From the NCBI RefSeq assembly GCF_052425735.1, contig NC_135767.1, forward strand, positions 18,848,001-18,912,000: a DNA stretch of 64,000 nucleotides, in the 5' to 3' direction. Under the pieces are notes generated by a model, which saw nothing but the letters and a program-made list of their open reading frames with translations, was not told the DNA's origin and ran no database searches. The translations under genes were made by a program, and so were the position numbers. Below, one piece after another: positions 43,821 through 58,100 of this stretch. Position 1 is the stretch's first letter. Every line of letters begins with the position of its first letter. This stretch comes from Oculina patagonica (taxonomy: Eukaryota).

Positions 43821-45998
43821 CTGATGTTAAAATTTTCCCGCCTCTTTTAACCATTAACTTCCAATATAATGGTTGTAAGCATGTAATTTTCTCATTAAGG
43901 TCACGACAATCACACCAATAAAACAGTTTCGAAAAATTCATTTAATCAGACTGAAGGAGATGTGAAAAACTCAGAGAAACGCGATCAACCGAAAATAAAA
44001 TTTTGTCTTGATGTTCTACTAAATTCCCAACATTAACTTTGAAGGAAATGTATAAGGGAATTGATTTGGTATTTAAGCTTAGAAGCATGTGGCGTTCATA
44101 AATTACTTGGTATTTGATTCTGATGCGGGTCGCGACAGGCAGAAGAATCAAACCTGAGGTGACTATACTGCATTGCAACTTTCGCAAATAATTAAAGATG
44201 CCTCTCGAGAAGAATTAAAACATTCTCCAAAAACCTTTTCTCCAATAAACACTTCTGACTACATGTATGTGCCCATGGCCACGAGTTTATATAAAGCTCT
44301 TTTTGAAGCTTACTTCTATATAGCCCGACAACATAGACTTACGAGATGCAGTGCAGGATATACTTTCGTATTCTTTTTTATATGACAGACTGTTTCGGTG
44401 AATATCTGTTCGGAAGACTTCTAATCGCCTATACGATTTTCGTTTACGGCGTTATAAAAAAACTAGAGTTTTCTACAGCTTAGACTTTCGTGACATGGGG
44501 AAAGTAATGCCTGCTGTTTTCGGAGAGAGAAAAATGTTCTTTTGGGCACGAAAGAAGGCCAGCTACGATTTTTGAGAAGGCAACAGTGGCTAGTAAATTC
44601 GGGTAATAATATGTCGTTCCCTAAAATGTTCGAATGTTCGAAAGTTCAGCTAGCGTATCCGAAAAGATACACTTTTCTTAGCGTTTAAAAATAAGGCTTT
44701 ATAACGTATAAAGAGGACACTTACAACGTAGAAAAGGTGTCCCTACAACTATAGAGAAATTTTCGCGTTGTGTGCCCCTGAAGAATATATTTTATAGGAA
44801 TATTGCGGCGAAACTTGCGAATTTCTAACAATGTTTTAAGAATAAACCCGAGGCTGAGAGTTTGTAAAGAATATAGTTGTGTGTTCAAAATTTGTAAATG
44901 CAATACAATCATTGCTTTCAACTAAACAGTATAAAATGTTTTCTTTTTCTACATGGCAAAACTAGCCAAAACAACAACAAAAGCAGCGCTAGCTGAATGT
45001 TTGATGCTAATAACATTTCTGCAAGAAGTTATACACCAAACACTTGTAATTGATATCCCAATACATTCTAAAACGGAAATGTCATACGCTATATTCTAAG
45101 AATATTCACAAGAATATTTCCAGTCTAAAATCGGCAGAAAAATAAGATTATTCAGCCCGGGCCGGAAAACAATATTCTTATAGAACAAAACAAGTGTAGT
45201 TTCGACCTCATTAAATTTTAGAAGGTTTTATTTGCATTAATCCACCAGCACTTATATACTTATTTTTATTTTACTAATCGAAAAAGACTTACGTTCCTTT
45301 ACCTTTATCGAACAAGAAACAGGAGCGAGACGAATGCTTTCTATATTTTCAAGTGTTCTCGATTTACTGAAGTGTTTTTATACATGGCTGCTTTTTATGT
45401 GAAATAGAGTTAGCGTGCGCTAAACCGCTAATTAAAAGCGCAGTTTTCCGTTTTTTACATTTTGATAATATAAAACAGCAAGTTTTAGCCAATCACAACG
45501 CGCGAAGTATCCAATCTATATTTTAATAAGCTGTGAGCCGGCCGAGTGCCAGCATAACGAATATGTTCGAATTCTGGAATGAGTATAATATTGACTTTAT
45601 CTTCAAATAAACATCATTTAATACGTACAGGAAAAAATGTTAATTAGCTGACTCTATTTTTAAGACGCATTTGGAAAAAAGAAAAAGAGGCTTTGTTTAA
45701 TCACTACAATACCTTCAAAGCTGAAGGATTATGCCGTTTTGCAAATCAATGAAGCTGCCGACCAACGAGTCAACAAATTAAAACTTTTAGCTAAGACCCA
45801 GTATTAGACCTATCCTTTTAAGTAATTTATAAACAAATCAATTTAAAAGCTGCTTTAGTCTGATCCTGCCGAAATGTGCTGCCTTTTTACGTACTAACGT
45901 TACAAAAAATTGTACAATAATATGTACTATTGTTTTGTGTGAGACCATTTACATTTTGCTAATTTATGGTTTTCGAGAAGGTGTTAACGCTATCTATT

Positions 45999-47348
45999 CT
46001 ATTTAAACGGTTTTAGTTGGTATCGTTTTTGTTGTTCCACTAGATCGAAATGCGTCCCTTTGTACTTATTAATCAGTCTGTCGATTGAAGCAACTGAAAG
46101 CGTTCTGGAGTAAACTGCCCCGATCTGCCGGTTGTTAGAAGTTTTTTGACGAGCTGTCTTAAATGACGTACCAATTGCTGGCAGCGAAATCCATCTGCTA
46201 TTGTTGTTTTCCTCATTACAAACATGCCCTGATATCTCTCCATTAATTGTTTTGTTACGCGTTTTACGATGGTTTCCTTGCGGCTTCACGGCAGAATTCC
46301 GTTTTAGAAAATCAATATACTGGTTAGTATCTTTAAGACTAGTCGTTATTGTACCCGGCGAGGGCTTCATTGCGACTCCAATGTGCTTTGGGTCCCGCTT
46401 TTGCGATTTGCAATTACAACAACATAAAATATCCATATTCCTCTGAGCATTGACCAAACCATCTTTCAGCGATTTTTCGTGTCCCGCTGTACTTTTCTCC
46501 GGCGTCCAAAAAGGCGAATAAAACGTCTTCGGAACGACACACCGTTTAAAAGCAGAATTTTTCAACGCAAAAGAATTAGCGTTGTTCTCTGGTCTCTTGA
46601 AGTCCGTTCCCTTGATGCTTTTTCGGATTTTAATTGCGTGGGACTCGTTCTCGCAGTTTGTATGTCCTTCAAGGGACAATAGCTTCAAATTGTCGCATGT
46701 TGGTTTTTCATTGAAACTGCTGTTAATGTAAGCGTTTTGCTCGGAATTCTTTTCAAGGTCTTCCGGTAAAACAGCCTCGGGTATCGTAGCGTTCGCGAGT
46801 GCCTCGGTTTCGCTGCCAGTTTTAACGCGATCTTTATCGTGACTGCTTGACGGCACGTTGTCAGTTTCCGTCGCGTTTTGTCGTCCGGCAGATTGCGTAA
46901 GCTCTTCCGCATTTTTTGTTAAAGTTTTTGACTCCACGTTCTCACTGCTTGGGCTAACTTCATTTGTGCAAGTATTTAAAGATTCGAAAACAGATGTGTT
47001 GTGCAGCGATGCACTGTTTTCAATGGAAGACACCTTAACTTGCTCACAAAGCGTTTCGCCACCGTTGCCATTAATAAAATCTTTTTCCTTGCAACTGTGC
47101 CCTTGCTGTGTAGTTAATTCTAAAGGGCCTTCTCTTATTAAATACTGATGAGTGTCTTGTGTTTTTGCCGCCGACACTTCATTTGCGTTCCCAGCAATCG
47201 ACAGACCTGCTTCAAACGTGTCAATAAAATCGAAGCTATTATCTTCATCGAAGAAAGTGTTGACGGGCTGTCCGAGGAAGTCTTCACCCTCCTGGTAAAG
47301 AAGTGGGCTGGAACACAGCGATCCTAAGTCGAAACAAGGGCTGCCCAT
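45999..47348 (-). CDS. Uncharacterised intronless 449-aa protein, largely disordered (acidic N-half, basic C-half)
   Basis: 1350-nt uninterrupted ORF in AT-rich DNA with an ATG start and no recognisable domain or transposase motif. Confidence 0.7.
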   Translation of the reverse strand: MGSPCFDLGSLCSSPLLYQEGEDFLGQPVNTFFDEDNSFDFIDTFEAGLSIAGNANEVSAAKTQDTHQYLIREGPLELTTQQGHSCKEKDFINGNGGETLCEQVKVSSIENSASLHNTSVFESLNTCTNEVSPSSENVESKTLTKNAEELTQSAGRQNATETDNVPSSSHDKDRVKTGSETEALANATIPEAVLPEDLEKNSEQNAYINSSFNEKPTCDNLKLLSLEGHTNCENESHAIKIRKSIKGTDFKRPENNANSFALKNSAFKRCVVPKTFYSPFWTPEKSTAGHEKSLKDGLVNAQRNMDILCCCNCKSQKRDPKHIGVAMKPSPGTITTSLKDTNQYIDFLKRNSAVKPQGNHRKTRNKTINGEISGHVCNEENNNSRWISLPAIGTSFKTARQKTSNNRQIGAVYSRTLSVASIDRLINKYKGTHFDLVEQQKRYQLKPFK

Positions 47349-47476
47349 TTCCCGACCATCTGAAACGAACTCAATGTCCGTGCTACAAATCCTTTAAAAA
47401 CTGGCACCCGGTCTGATTTTGCAAAACAAAAAAGTAATTGTTCTCTTGAATTAAAAAAAATCCGTCAGCTGCTCTC

Positions 47477-47490
47477 GTCACCATGGCAAC
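47477..47490 (-). promoter_or_regulatory. RFX X-box
   Basis: GTCACCATGGCAAC (reverse GTTGCCATGGTGAC) fits the 14-bp X-box consensus and lies ~130 bp upstream of the 449-aa ORF start. Confidence 0.6.
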
Positions 47491-49135
47491 CAAAGGACAA
47501 TTTATTCATTGCATGACACTAACAAAAGAGTTGAATTTTTATGATTGTTGAAAGACTTAAAAGTGCTAAGCTTGTGTTTGTGTATAAATCTTTTGTTGAC
47601 CAACCGGCCTTTAAGCTCGCTTTATTTTTTAGCAATGACATTATGCTAATTATAAATTTAAAAAAAACCTTTTGAGGCTTGTGTCCAAGCCATTCATGTA
47701 AACTTGAACAAAAAGACAAATCCACTTTTATAACCTCAGTGAAAATTTATTACAATTTAGTCTTTTAATCCTTGTCAAAAGAGAGCTGCCAACTTTTATT
47801 TTTATTATATATTTTTTTCATAACCTCCTCCGGATATTCTTCGACAATTGATGTTTTATCCATATAATATTGATTTTCGCTACTGGTGGAAATTTAAATG
47901 AAAATAAACTGAAAAGTATAAAGAATAGGTTTTAGTTATTACTAAAACTAAAGTGCTTTTTGCATAAAATAAATTATTGCTTAGGTTTTAAAGAGCCAGA
48001 GAAATATTCAGCAGAGTTCATAGCAGATGTTTATCATTTCTTTTTTTTTTTTTTTCGTTCATAAAAAAGACCGTCCCGAAGGACGGTCCAGCTGAAAACA
48101 TCGTGAAACGTTCTGGCGGCTGTCAGTGCTATGCCGATAAAGAGTTGAAAGCGCTACACATTTTGAGCGTGATAATTAAGCTGACAGACAGACAGACAGT
48201 CACACGTGCACAGACAGGCGAATGTAAAGCAAACGTCGGAAACCAAACAAACCCTTCACTCAAAATCTTGTACAGTACTACTAGTTGTAAGGCGGAAGGA
48301 ATCTATTATACGAAGGCGTCGTATGTGATTTTTTTTTCTACGAAAATTACTTAATTAAAGTTATAAACCCGATAAAAGTTTCATACCAAATAGAGTAGGA
48401 CAACCCCCAGAACTAAAGCTCAGCTCTGGGTTGGAGGTAGATGATGGTTTAAAACTATAATAATTGTAAATCTTCACTAAATCTTTCTTTTGCCTGTTCA
48501 GGTTCCAAATCCACTTAAACCCCGTTCCTCTCTCCTTCTTCATAAATATCTAAAAAATATCTAATAAAATTTAAATAGCTTTGCTAGAGACTTTTTTTTT
48601 TAGCCCCCAAGAGCAACTTGTTCCTCGTGACCCAGGCTACGCCGGCTTAGAGGACAAGGCGGCTCTGGGAACGAGAATGAGCTGCAGGCTGCAGGCGCTC
48701 CTTTACTTTCAGTTCCGTGCTCTTTAGTCACGGGCTTTGCTTGCCCGTAAAATACCTTCTTTGCTGCGGGAGGCAAGTTACGTTACGACAAAAACCATTC
48801 TCATACCTCGAGTCTTCGTTCCTTCTGCACAGGCTTGAAGAAACGAGCTCGTCTACTGACCGCTGGTCAAAGGGAACGAAGACCCTGGGTACGAGGACAA
48901 AAACAAGTTTCGAGAGTTCTGAGTTGCGCCTCCCTCGACTTCCAACGCAGGGTTCGTCACGCAATCTTTCTTCTATTGTCTCTAGCATAATTCGATTAAC
49001 ACCGCTTGGCTATTTTCATTTCGCGTGACAATCAAACACTTTGAAAGAGTCACAGACCAAATCCTCTTGCAATCGCCCCTGATATTTCCTTGTATTCAAA
49101 CATTCGCTGGACGCTATAGCAACCCAAAGACGACC

Positions 49136-52100
49136 ATGGTGTTCGAAGAAGACAGAAAACCTTTAAAAGCCGTGGATTGGGTGATAATAGCATTTTACTT
49201 CGTTGCCTGTATTCTTGTGGGACTATGGGTATGTACGGTAATATCACCGGTCAGGACGGTTAATGACTGCTTTTCTCCGTGTTAAGAAAGCTATTTTATA
49301 GTTAATTGAAAGCTCATAATGCCATATTCTGTGCTAGAGCTTCCTTATAGAGAACATTTTGCACCTAAGGTAAAGATGCCAGTTCCGTGCATGGACAACG
49401 AGGTATTTTAAGCAGCTCGTAATACAATTCTTCGCCAATCTCATGTCTGTTGTTCGTTTGCGACGGTTATCTGATAAAATAATAAAACGTTTTTAGCTCG
49501 CTTAACTTTTGTTCTAAGCTACAGTGTAGTTCTAACTTATGCTAAAAGGTCTGCGAACGCGAAATAATTTTTTTTAAAAATTTAATGCTTTGTAATAGGG
49601 CATAAAAATGAAAGCTTTTCAGATCTTTCAAAATTTCTATCCTTTTTTATCAGCACTTTGTCTCAGATGTCCGCATGTGAATGAACCAAGAAGCATGTAA
49701 CCAAGGAGCTAAATTGATAATCGCAATGAATCAGTTGCTGAATTGATGATTAAATTCTTCTTTGCTAGTTGTCAATAAGTCATTTAAAGCATTTAAATCA
49801 AAGCCTAGCAGAGCATGTTGGTTTTCAAAATATGTAACCGACCTTTTTAAAGCAAATCAAATGTTTATTTAAGTAAGTAAACTGACCATTTAATTCGAAC
49901 CAATTTCAATAGTGGGGGCCATAGTAACCTTGGCGAGGTGTAACAGACAATAGGTATTAGCTTGCTTGTAGTCACATTATTCACAGTCACTGTTTTTATT
50001 ATTCAACGAGCGGTAAATCTCTCTTGCACCGCACCTAGCGTGCATAGCAGTCCAGTTGCCATAGCCACAGAAGCGCTAGCGTTAAACTATATGATTGCAA
50101 AAGTAAACTAAATTTTGGTAAAACATCATTCTTGTCCCCAGAGCCACGATCCTTTTATATGTGCATTTGCAAGTTAGAATTATTGCTATTTCATATTTAT
50201 CGTGATTAATGAAGAAATGGGTAAAAAAGAATGAAAAAAGACGTTGCAAGGAATAGAAAAAAAAGAAAAAGAACTCGTGATGGGGACCATCAAAGCGTAG
50301 TTCACGTTGTTACACCACGATTTACGTTCCACTGCAAATTAAGACAATAATTTTAGGCTCCTTAAATACACATTTAGTTGTTGTCCTACGGGCCAAGATT
50401 TCCTCTGTCTACATTCCTATTAATGAGCTTAACCTTTAATCGGATCTGTTGTCTGTGATTAGGGGGGCTCGGTGTCCTAATGGTAAGCTCCTTGAATTTG
50501 ATAGAGCGAACTGGGGTAGAGCACTGACCAAGATCATTTCGTCGTCTTCTTGGGCAAGACACTTTCGGGGAAGGGTGAATTCGAAGGGAACTCCGTCATA
50601 TGAAGGGGACGGGGAAGCTCAAGTTCGTAGGAAAATTCAAATTTGAATTTAAGCCCTAAATTAAGGAGACCAATCTGGGAGTTGCTAAAGCCTTTTTGAC
50701 CCCTAAAAGATACCAATTTTTATCATGCCTGATCGGTCTTGACGTCAAAAAAAAGACGGTGTTTTTTTTTTATTATTATTATTTCTTCATGTGCAACCCT
50801 AAACTAGACGTTGACCGGCTCAGAATGTTGGAGTTCTGTCCTGAACACCAAAACACGACAAGCATGGATATATCCTAGTCCCTTTTGCATGGAAGTCCTC
50901 TCTCCAAACCAGAGGACGCTTTACTCCCACAGTGCCCCTCTCAATCCAGGAGAATGAATCGGGATACCGGCGAACTGTTGGGGGTGTTACAATACTCCTC
51001 ACCCCCCCTTGTCGTTTCGATTAGTCATGCTTCAGGGAGATTGCAGTTAAGCCGGCACCAACGATCAACGAGCGCCTTACTTAGTTTATCTACTCACTAA
51101 TTACCTCCAAGTAAAGTGTGGCATATACGTTACAGTACCGCGATACTCATTTTGTCTGTGTATGAAATCTTTTCCAGACCAAGTTCAGACAACAAAGGGG
51201 AAAAGCTGAGACGGCAGAAACGTTTTTCTTGGCCGGAAGATCCATGATGTGGTGGGCGGTAGGTCCATGTACCTCATGCCGGAATAAATGTTTTATCTTA
51301 ACGCAGGATAAAGGCTTTCAGATACGAAAACTTTCCATAAACGCCTGCCAAGGTTACGACTCTCTTTTTGTAGCGGGAAACAAGAGAAAGGAGCGAAGCG
51401 CCGATTTTTTCGAACCCCCGCTCCTGAAAAACCGTCAATCAACCCTGAGTCCCAATTTGGGTGTCACGCAACACTAGATTAAGTGGGCTATCAGCTGTTG
51501 CGTGCGCGTGACAACCCAAATAATGGCTTCCAGGGAGACTGCCCTGTTTGGTGACCATGGCCCTTTTTGAGAGAAACTCTCATGTTTAAACAGAAACGGA
51601 ACTTACTCTAACAATGGAAGCTTGCGACAAGCTTTTACCAACCTCCTCCTTTGCAGTTATTTTCTTTGCTCGCCGCGCAAACACACGAGCAATTGACAAT
51701 GATCGAAGAAAGCACAGCCCAGTCGGTTTGAGACTAACTGTACATTGAGAAAATAATGCGAAAATTCTTTGAATGCCACAACTAGGAAATGCAATGAAAG
51801 GTGGCTAAGCAACTTCGCTGTCCAAGACATGATAATGTTGAGCTCATCCACTGTACTCGATCAAGAATCGACCTTGATGTCTCCAAAATGCTCTTGAGGC
51901 TTGCTCTGTTAACATCTGTTACCTCTGTTATCGAATTCGAAGCAGTTGATATTTTTTCTCTGTGTTAATTTTTCAAGGTTGGACCCAGCCTATTTGTCAG
52001 CAACATCGGCAGTGAGCACTTCATTGGGTTGGCTGGGTCTGGAGCGGCTACAGGGATTGGTGTAGGGTCGTATGAATGGCAGGTGAGGCAAATTTACCAG

Positions 52101-55100
52101 TGTCCTACATGTATGTGAACTTAAAACTAATACTTAACCAACGAAATGTCAATACTGAAAAAAAAACTTACACAATAGCATATTGCTACCCATTGATCTT
52201 TTTCCTTTGATTATGTTTAGGCACCTTTTATCTTACTCCTTCTTGGATGGGTTTTTGTGCCAATTTATCTAAAGGCGCGGGTAAGTGCACAGTACAATAC
52301 AAAATGTTGGATTATTGCGCGTGGGTACCCTATAACACCCCTCTGTAACAGACCTGGTGACACCTGATTTTCCACCAGGTTTTCAACCAAAATCGACCAG
52401 GGAAGTAAAAAATCCACCAGGTTGATTACTTACTTTTTGTATGCAATAAACTTAGCGGGGTAATTGTGCACAATTTTCCGCACCGATGTCGCCTAACGGC
52501 TGTAGATGACACCGTCGTTTTTTCGCATTGTACGTAAACAACTGAAGTAATATACTCTTTGTATCCTGCTCTTAGACGGAGAAAAGTGGCAAAGGAAAAA
52601 CAGAATCGAATAAAGGCATCGGACTTAATTTCTCTTAAAACAAGTCCTTTTAGGCTTTCGCGTTATACGGCAAACGGGCCGTTTTGCGATCGCCGAGCGT
52701 TCTTTGTATCGAACAGTGCATTACAGCCACTAGATCCGCAATGGGTCAAATTTAGCAAATCATTGTCACAATGAGCCAATGAGTATAATCATACTATTGA
52801 CACTGTCAGTTTGCACTTGGACTTGAAACAGTCGTGTTATATTCCTGAAATCCTCTGAAATTCTCGCACGTTTTTGTCCATCAGAGATCATACACGGCAC
52901 GCAATGCATGCAGAAGCGATGACGAATAGAAGAACAAATTCCGCCGACCGCCTTATGATATAAGGCGATGGACTGACGTTGTCGCCTTAAAATGATTCCT
53001 TTAGATGCATGTTACTTTTACAGTTCTTAGCAGGCCTGTAGGCAGGATTTAAAACGACGGTTCTTCAGAGCGCCAAAGATCTGAAAGATGCAACCGTGTG
53101 AATGCCGAAGATGTAAGCTACTACTGGGGGTCCAGGGGGGCATGCCTCCCCGGGAAATTTTGAAAATTAGACAGGCCGAAATCACATTTTGTGCGTTTTG
53201 AAGGGAGTTTCATAGGCAACTAGGCAGCTTAAAGTAAACTTAAAAAACACGATTATTTCTAGTCCTTTTCAGTTAAAATCAAAGCTCCTTATTTTTGGAA
53301 GGGGAACGCGCTTCACCAGGCAACCAACCTTGCGCTTGACGGATTACACCACCAAAACATACATTTACGACTTAAATTCCTAAACCGCGTGTTGAAGGAT
53401 ATTCAGACAGATATTCGATATGTTTCAAAAACAAATTGGGAGAACGTTTCGCGGGATCATTTTCTCGACTCCCTAGTCCCTAGTTTGAACGTCTCTCAAG
53501 CCCTGCTAATTTGACTACAAGTTTAATTACTTTTCCAGAAGGTAAATGACATAAATATGTATTATCAAAAGAGCCTAGCCTAGCACCAAGAGACAGATCC
53601 AGAGGTTGTCTCGCACGGGCGCGCCTAAATTTAAACGGTCCGTTTACCATTAAAATTGCAAAATGTTAAAAATGCCGGCCCCTATTCGTTGATCCATTTT
53701 CAGTAGGTTATAGCATAAAGACGTCAAAATAGAAAACCGTTTGCTTATATCTTTTACAGGTCGAATAAATTGTCTCTTTTTTTCGGATTAAGCGAGCAAT
53801 TACAAATACGTTTTAATGACTGCAGTCATCGGCATCAATAGTTTCATGCAGGCGAAAGCTACACAAAGTAATATTTAGACAGTAGTTACAATTTGAGGCA
53901 GCTTAATTAAAATTTACCGTCATACGCCACTTGAATGATCTTGAATGTACTTGAATAACTTGCGTATTTTTTACATCACATTGTGCTGGCGGGCTGCAAA
54001 GTTTAACACGATATTTTTTACATCAAACGCCTCTCAAACTGCTCAAGGCTACTAAATTGACGAAAAAAAGGCCGTTTAATACTCACCAAGAATTATTTCG
54101 GTCAACCTGATTATCCTCTGCGTAGTTATTCGATAAAACGCTGTAGAAAGCCGGGTCAAAAATACTTCCACACATTTGTTTTGGGCCGCGCGCGCTGTTC
54201 AAATCGCTCTGAATCATTCACAAGCTCGTATTACGTACAGAAAAGGAAACAGATCTGTTTTGTCTCTTCAGTGGTGTGCTTGACAACGGAACAAGCGACA
54301 AAAACAATAGAAAAAAGTTAACAATTACCTTTTGCTATATTTACATCAAGTTATAGTCAATTATTAAATTATCTTTTTGCCGGGCGTCGTTTTCTTCTGT
54401 TTATTAAAGCCAGCAGAAAGATTTTGGTTTATTTTTCCTGACCAGGTAAACAAAATTCTTCACCAGGGAGAAATAAAATTGACCAGGGAATTTTCAGATA
54501 TTCACCAGGGACCAGGGAGGTCAAATTTCCACCAGGGAGGGCAAAATAACCCACCAGGTCGGGTTTCACCAGGTCTGTTACAGAGGGGTGTCCTATATAT
54601 GAGCTATGTAGTTTTTCTGGAGAATAGCAACTCTGGGGTAGAGCAGGGATTTTTGGCGTTAAGTCTAGTATAATGTTGTAAACTGGAGCTAAAATGGTCT
54701 AGAATATCAGAGTGGTACATCTTAATTGCCGTAATTGCATGTTACTCAGTGACTTTTCCTCGCCACTTGTATTTTTTGGACAAGAAAATGGAAACTCGAC
54801 TTTCTCCTCACTATATATCACTAGTAACTGTTTTAATTCCTTTAGGTATACACGACTCCAGAATACTTGCTAAAACGATTCCACAGCACAAAGATCAGGA
54901 CATGTTTGACAGCAGTGGCTCTTATCTCGTATGTCCTCACCAAGATTTCTGTGAGTAATAAATCAAAACCTTGTATGAGTTTAGATAAAAAGAAAGGGTG
55001 GATTTTATTTAGCGTTGGACATCAAAGAATAAGCCTCAAGGCTAAAAACACAAAAAAACACTGACTGGGGGAATGAATAAGCAACAAAGGACTCGTAAGG

Positions 55101-58100
55101 CAAAGGGATAAGCTTTTTAATCGGGAAGACGAAAGTAAAAAAGATATAAGAAAAGAGGAACTAGAAACCGATCGCTTATTGAAGAAAGCTATACCGTACC
55201 GTGAAAGCAATATAACTGAATAATTCCGATTAAAAAAATGTGAAATCCTTATTAAAGAAACAAACTTAACGATGTTCTGTCTCGAGCAACCGGCTACAGT
55301 TGATGTTTTTTCGAAACATGTTTTCTTTTCGGTTACAGGTTGATATCTATGCGGGCAGCGTATTTCTGTATGAAGCTGTCGGTTGGAATATTTACATCTC
55401 CGCTGCTTGTGTTTTGGCTATCACAGCTGTTTACACTGTCTTGGGTAAGTCTATGGGACTAAAGCCTGCTGAGTAAATAGACAACCTTCTCGCACGTTCA
55501 AGTCCCTCCCCCGCCCCTCCCCTCAAGAGACGTCTGTGATTTAACCCGAAAAATACCAATTCTAATGACGTAGCTCTATAGAGATCCTTGTAGTATCTCT
55601 GATTGGCTGTTACTTGCACGTAACAGCCAATCAGAGATACTACAATTTTCAAAACTGAGCAACAACCAATCAGAGGCACTACATGTATCGATGTAGAGTT
55701 ACGTCATCGTAGCTATTATCATCATCATCATCATCATCAGTCCTTGTCTCGCCACTGGACGAATAAGACCTCATGTAACGTCATCAGTAAGGTTATTTCT
55801 TTTGGCTCTTGCAATTGATCGGGGGGGGGGGGGGGAGGGGAATTAAATTACAATATTAAATTAAAAACCAATCAACACGAAGTTCGTTCTTCTGGTTTGA
55901 TGCTTCTATGTTTCTGCAGATGTAGAACCTCCGTTATTTTAATATTAACTCGAGTAAAACGTTTTGCACTGTACTGAGCATATTATCGGCAGTCAAATGA
56001 ACATTCATGTTAGCCAAACTTCTTTCGTTTTGCACTTGCAGGTGGTTTAACAGCTGTATTCTTCACGGATGTGTTGCAGTGCACCATAATGATTATCGGT
56101 GCCATTGTTGTCGCTATAATGAGTAAGTGAAGTTAACTAAAGTCGGAGAAAGAAGAGCCGTTATTTGTAGAGTCCACGTTTTTCGGAGGACAACAGCTGT
56201 AAAAGATCAAGAATGCGCACTTTGAAATCTATAGTATAAAATTAGAATGAAAGGAAAATATTTTGCACTTCCTTTTTGATTTAAGCTAAAACATTTGGAT
56301 CTTTTTGCTAGCCAAATTTTCCCATTTGTGTTTTCTTTAATAATCTTGGCGATCAACGTTTACTTAAAGAAGGTTCCTCAGTTAGATACCTTGGTAAATG
56401 CAATCCAAGCTCCGCATGCCTCTGAAAAAGTAAAGCGACTGCGCTCTCGAACTGTGTCACGTTAGTCACCAGTTGATATACCACGTACAACAAGTCTTTG
56501 AAAATCGTGCTATTTTTGGAATAGCTAAAAGGAATAACCAAAGTCTGTGGCTAACACTGTGGAGAAATTTAAAGGGAAGGGGGTAATGATCTACCTTTTT
56601 TATATTAAAGTTACGATTTAAATCTTTAGGAGCATTCCCACTTATCCTTGGATAAAATTTTCTCTCTCATAACAGGCTTTTCTAAAGTTGGTGGAATGGA
56701 CGGTTTGTGGGAAAAATACGGCGCGTCTATGGGTAAATCCATCACTACAGCTGCAACTACAGCTGCACCAACAGCAGCAGTCAGTAATGTCACGACAGCA
56801 GCAGCTGTTCTAAGCACCGTGACATCCACAGCCTCGAATCACAGCAGCAACCAAGATAACTGCTTCAAGTTGACTCCTTACTGGGGTAACCTGGTGCGAC
56901 CACTAGATGACCCTGACTACCCCTGGTTGGGATTGTGGACGTCTCTGTTCATCACATCGGTGTGGTACTTTTGCACTGATCAGGTAAATCATTTTTTTTG
57001 GCAAAATTCAATTTGCCAAATGAATTGCTCGCATGAGGAGAAACTGTATATATATAGACGCTGAAACCATCCCCTATCGGGCGGCACGTCTCTGTAAAGG
57101 CAAAATAAAAAGAATTACCTCTCTCGGTATTTGAACGTAGGCATGGCAACATGCACGTCCACGTTTTTTTTTCTTGGTTAAAACAATTATCCTGCAAAAT
57201 CTTTCAGACGATCTATCATCCGATAAGAGGCTGAAGGCTGAGTGGGCTAAAATCAGAAGATATTCCGCAAGATTGAGTACGATTATTGATAACTATTTAA
57301 AAAAATTGTCCACGAAAACTATTTCACTGCTAAAAATACTTGGTTATGCAGCGCTTTACAAGACTTTGGACGAATTTTCGCAACCTACGGGCATCGCAGG
57401 ATATGTGTTATGTACGGATGACGAATAACAATAATTTCCTGATCACATACGTGTTGGCATCGACACAATTTGTTGAATAATAATGGGGTGAATGCGTTTG
57501 TTGTTATTCTTGTTGGTTTTTGTCCACAAAGTTTGGTCCCAATTTCAGGTCCTTGTCCAGCGCGCCCTGGGAGCCAAGAACCACATTCAAGCCAGAGCAG
57601 GGACGATTTTTGCAGGATTTTTAAAAATTCTTCCCATGTTCGTCATGGTAATGCCAGGCATGATCAGTCGAGTTCTGTTTCCTGACTCCATTGCGTGTCC
57701 AGACCCTGAGAGCTGTAAGGCGGCCTGTGATAACAAATGGGGCTGCACTAACAACGCCTACCCAAAGTAAGTTTTAGCTAACACCATGTCCTGTCAACAT
57801 CTTAAGATCTACGAGCTCACCTCTGAAAAAAATTGTGTCGCAGCCGAATAGCGAAGCGCGCGAGGTTTAAAAATAGAATGCAAATGAATATATTCCCACG
57901 AATCTCTGGAAACATCAGCGTGTTCTGAGAGAAATAGAAGGAATCTAGGCAAGGTTTTCGTTTATGAAAGGTGTTTTAAGAACACCGACTTTTTTAGAAA
58001 AATTTTTAGGAAAACCGTTCGCTATTCCGGTTTGTTTGTCTGAGTCTTGTCTGAGTCGTGACGTTACTAGCGCGCTTCGCTATTCCACGAAACGTCCCTA

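Noticed and set aside
49110-49123. X-box-like GACGCTATAGCAAC before the SLC5 start
   Set aside because: Only one half-site fits the consensus, and it is probably within the 5' UTR.
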